Origin: a virus | Lineage: Duplodnaviria; Caudoviricetes | IMG/VR virus record: IMGVR_UViG_3300037419_000689 | Location: 1 to 28,096 of that record | Reading direction: 5' to 3' (one strand) | Length of the DNA stretch: 28,096 bases | In this document: one piece after another, positions 25,499 to 28,096 of the stretch | Position numbering within the stretch: the first letter of the stretch is position 1 | Layout of the letters: every line of letters starts with the position of its first letter | Translations under genes and position numbers: made by a program | The notes under the pieces: model-generated | What the model was told of the DNA's origin: nothing | Database searches by the model: none | What the model saw: only the letters and a program-made list of their open reading frames with translations

Positions 25499-25849
25499 TT
25501 ATTGGTCGTCTAAATCGTCGTACGGAGTTGTTCGTCTAGGAACTAACATGGCTTGTTCTTCAAAAGGAGATTTCTTAGGTAAGGAACTAACCAGTTTATT
25601 CACTCGTTTAAGTCCGGCTATTTCCTTCTTTAATGAGTTTATTTCTTCGTCCTTAGCATCTAACAACTCCTTCAGCCCTACTAGGTAGTGTGTTAAGTCA
25701 ACGGTTTCCTCTAAGGCGTGGTTTAGAAGCTGTTCAGGTGTCCATGAATGCGGGTTAAAAGGTTCGGGATACTTCTGTAAGCCCTTTAGTATTTGAGCAT
25801 TTTGGGTTTTCTGCCAAAGTTCTTTGGCTTTCTCGTAGAATGGTGTCAT
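25499..25849 (-). CDS. Hypothetical protein, possibly all-alpha NTP pyrophosphatase-like
   Basis: KGLQKY...HALEETVDLTHYL (EExxD) motif followed by a coiled coil. Confidence 0.55.
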   Translation of the reverse strand: MTPFYEKAKELWQKTQNAQILKGLQKYPEPFNPHSWTPEQLLNHALEETVDLTHYLVGLKELLDAKDEEINSLKKEIAGLKRVNKLVSSLPKKSPFEEQAMLVPRRTTPYDDLDDQ

Positions 25850-25968
25850 TATTTTTTACCTCTTTTCAATCTGCATTCCCATTCTGACAGTAAATCAGCG
25901 AGCAGGAATACCAATATAAGTAACGGAGAGATTAGTATACCTAGTAATCTAACGATTGATAGGAGCAT
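25849..25968 (-). CDS. 39-aa hydrophobic peptide (MLLSIVRLLGILISPLLILVFLLADLLSEWECRLKRGKK); not in ORF track
   Basis: RBS AAGGAGG, TAATG coupling to the next gene. Confidence 0.7.
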   Translation of the reverse strand: MLLSIVRLLGILISPLLILVFLLADLLSEWECRLKRGKK

Positions 25969-26320
25969 TATGTTCCTCCTTGTTTCGGTTTGTTTCAGGT
26001 ATGAAAGTCAGAACGATCTTTTCGTTTTGTTTTTGTGCATCGTTGATTAGTTTACTTTTTTCCAGTACTGCTTTTAAGGCTGCGACTTCTGTTCCGGACG
26101 CATTACCTAACCTGGCGAGGGCGCTTCGGGCTTCTGCTTCTGCGATGGCGGCTAGTTCCGTTTCGATGAACAGATGATTGTCCCGAAGGAACTTCCGCCA
26201 TTCCGTAGGCGTATGACCGTAGTCTCTCGCGAGGGTGTAGTGGTCCTTGTACAAGGTATCCGGAAGGTACTTATTGAAGATTTCCTCTATTGTTAACTGT
26301 TGTTGCGGGTCGTAGAACAC
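25949..26320 (-). CDS. Possible terminase small subunit
   Basis: 123 aa with HTH-like N-half, helical hairpin and terminal beta strand (KIVLTFIP); first gene of the late block. Inferred from layout and position. Confidence 0.45.
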   Translation of the reverse strand: MFYDPQQQLTIEEIFNKYLPDTLYKDHYTLARDYGHTPTEWRKFLRDNHLFIETELAAIAEAEARSALARLGNASGTEVAALKAVLEKSKLINDAQKQNEKIVLTFIPETNRNKEEHNAPINR

Positions 26321-26356
26321 ATGTTCACCTTCTTTTCCACTGTGTCATTTGATTCT

Positions 26357-26366
26357 ATTATAGCAT
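26357..26366 (-). promoter_or_regulatory. Extended -10 promoter element upstream of the putative terS
   Basis: Minus strand TGCTATAAT about 40 nt before the start; no clear -35. Confidence 0.55.
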
Positions 26367-26398
26367 AATATTGGAAGAATTGATAGACTTGCGTAATC

Positions 26399-26959
26399 CT
26401 ATTCTTCTATTTTTACAGGTTTTCCGTAGGCTTCTGCTATTTCTTCTATCTCGTTTTCAAATGGTGGCCAGTATAGTTTATTGTTGAACTCCATTGTACA
26501 CGCGAATGGTATTAGTTTCCCATCAGCATCATAATGGGGGATTGATCCAGGAAGTAGTTCCCATTCCACTACACCATCCGTGAATTTTGTGGATTCTTTG
26601 ACTACGTCCCCTCTGTAAGCAGGTTTCCTAAGAAGGTAAAAATCTTCTTTCTTTTCGTTTTGGTACTCATCATCTAACGGGCTAGGGTATTTCTTTGGAG
26701 CGTAAGTATTACTAGTACTATCAGTAGTAGGACTAGTAGATGTAATAGTTGTAGTAGCTGTAGTATCTGTATTAACTTTAGTACGAGTATTATAAGTAGT
26801 AGGTGTAGTATTAGTAGTAATTGTATTAGTAGTATTACTTGTAATATAAGACTCTAGGGCTTTGATTACGACTTCTTTTAGGGTTGTACCGTTCTGAAAA
26901 GCGTGTAGTTTAGCGCTATTCATGAGTTCTTCGGTGATGGGGATTTGCAATTTCTTCAT
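26399..26959 (-). CDS. Ribbon-helix-helix DNA-binding protein with Thr-rich linker and unknown C-terminal domain
   Basis: MKKLQIPITEEL..AKLHA...GTTLKEVVIKALESY is a CopG/ParG-like RHH pattern; RBS AGGAGG. Confidence 0.75.
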   Translation of the reverse strand: MKKLQIPITEELMNSAKLHAFQNGTTLKEVVIKALESYITSNTTNTITTNTTPTTYNTRTKVNTDTTATTTITSTSPTTDSTSNTYAPKKYPSPLDDEYQNEKKEDFYLLRKPAYRGDVVKESTKFTDGVVEWELLPGSIPHYDADGKLIPFACTMEFNNKLYWPPFENEIEEIAEAYGKPVKIEE

Positions 26960-27070
26960 AAGTATTCCTCCTATTATTTGTATTACTTATACTTATTATA
27001 CTACTAGTAGTACTAGTATTACAACTAGTATTTGTAATAATTATAATAGAAATAATAGAAGTATTAGTAG
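26700..27070. repeat. AT-rich field of TAGTA/TACTA/TATTAC short repeats
   Basis: Directly visible; includes a 19/22 inverted repeat at 26706-26727 versus 27001-27022. Confidence 0.75.
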
Positions 27071-27451
27071 GATTCCTGTTTTTAAAGTACCCCACGGGTC
27101 GAAAATTTCTGGAAAACTTCAGGAGTATGCACTAATATATCCACACGAGCGCGAACCCGCGCATGATCAGGTACCTTTCACGGGTCCAGGGGCGGGTCTA
27201 GTATCTCAGACCATATATAGCTAGTAAACTAAAACAAAAATAATCTTTATAGTAGGGAATAGAGAAGGGAATGAGGGCATAAGGGAATAGAGTGATAGAA
27301 AGATACCTAAAAGATCTTTTAATACCTTCTAGTACCTAAACATCAGAAAACAACTAGAAAGCCTGTAAGGTGGCAAAGAATGCGTTAGAACATTCCCTAT
27401 AGGAAGAAACACGGAAATTTAGCGATCCCGAAAAAAGTTTTGCAAAAAGTG

Positions 27452-27481
27452 TTGACACTTGATAGCACACAATGCTATTCT
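27452..27481 (+). promoter_or_regulatory. Strong sigma-A (early) promoter with embedded palindrome
   Basis: TTGACA-N18-TATTCT with TGn, A-tracts upstream, ATAGCA-N5-TGCTAT overlapping the spacer and -10. Confidence 0.75.
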
Positions 27482-27532
27482 AAATTCAAGGCAAGCGGAA
27501 CCGCCTAAAAAACTAACCGAAAAGGATGATGA

Positions 27533-27922
27533 ATGATGTACAAAACCATGACAACAGCTGAATTATTAGCAGAGAAAAGCCACATGGAGCAATTGGGCTA
27601 TGTGGGGGACGTTCAATTGCTGGAGATCACGGAAGAACTAAACAAAAGGAGAGCGGACCACATCAGTATCACCGCTGAGCCTGCCAAACACACAGAAATA
27701 GCCCTAGAAGCGCCTTTAGAGATTTCCTATACCAAGAACGCAAGGGCTGTTATTTTCAGTGATAGAATCGAGTTTTATGGCCGTGAAGCCGGCGAAAAGA
27801 AACGTACTCTCTCAATAGGTGAACTATACCAAGATACACACCTGCTCAGCTTCTATAAAAGCGAATATCTAAGCAACGGAATTAAGGCAAGGGTAATGAA
27901 TACTTTAAACGGTATGAAATAA
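27533..27922 (+). CDS. Hypothetical monocistronic early protein
   Basis: 129 aa with its own promoter, RBS AAAGGA and terminator. Confidence 0.8.
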   Translation: MMYKTMTTAELLAEKSHMEQLGYVGDVQLLEITEELNKRRADHISITAEPAKHTEIALEAPLEISYTKNARAVIFSDRIEFYGREAGEKKRTLSIGELYQDTHLLSFYKSEYLSNGIKARVMNTLNGMK

Positions 27923-27933
27923 ATAGCTAAAAC

Positions 27934-27966
27934 AGGTCAATCCCTATGGGATTGATCTTTTTTTTT
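27934..27966 (+). terminator. Intrinsic terminator
   Basis: TCAATCCC/GGGATTGA stem followed by a 9-T tract. Confidence 0.85.
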
Positions 27967-27990
27967 GTATTAGTTGTATTACTTGTAATA
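27965..27990. repeat. 26-bp direct repeat of 26821-26846 (one mismatch)
   Basis: TTGTATTAGT[A/T]GTATTACTTGTAATA at both positions. Confidence 0.8.
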
Positions 27991-28096
27991 GGAGTAGTAC
28001 CCTTATTTAGAATGATTCTAATTTGCTATCCTTTAGTGGAGTAAAGAATAATAGCATCCATTACGAGGGTTCCCAAAAATGGCTTGCTTTGAAAAA

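Noticed and set aside
26700-27070. CRISPR-like array
   Set aside because: Repeats are short, degenerate and lack regular unique spacers.
26922-27224. 100-aa plus-strand ORF across the repeat field
   Set aside because: Low-complexity translation of repeats, overlapping the RHH start, with no RBS.

Overview
The window is part of a Bacillaceae-type podovirus-like phage or phage-plasmid genome; no host genes, integrase, tRNA or CRISPR array are visible. Minus strand, right to left: RHH DNA-binding protein, probable TerS, small accessory genes (NTP-PPase-like, YozD-like, PhoH-like), a beta-sandwich module, TerL, portal, scaffold, N4-gp56-type major capsid, adaptor, fibre and nozzle proteins, two ejection-type proteins (one of 1696 aa) and an XhlA/amidase/holin lysis cassette. 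Left of lysis lie two promoter-to-terminator units of about 100 nt (candidate sRNAs) and an operon encoding a SpoIIIAC-like membrane protein, an FtsK/SpoIIIE ATPase and a replication-relaxation nuclease behind a sigma-E-like promoter. Best leads: (1) that operon as a sporulation-linked DNA translocation system; (2) tandem sRNAs whose 5' ends are antisense to translation-initiation regions; (3) an internal Prp-protease-like site (LRMNLQHF) in the giant protein; (4) a TAGTA/TATTAC repeat field inside and around the RHH gene. All family calls are motif recognition by eye; no searches were run.
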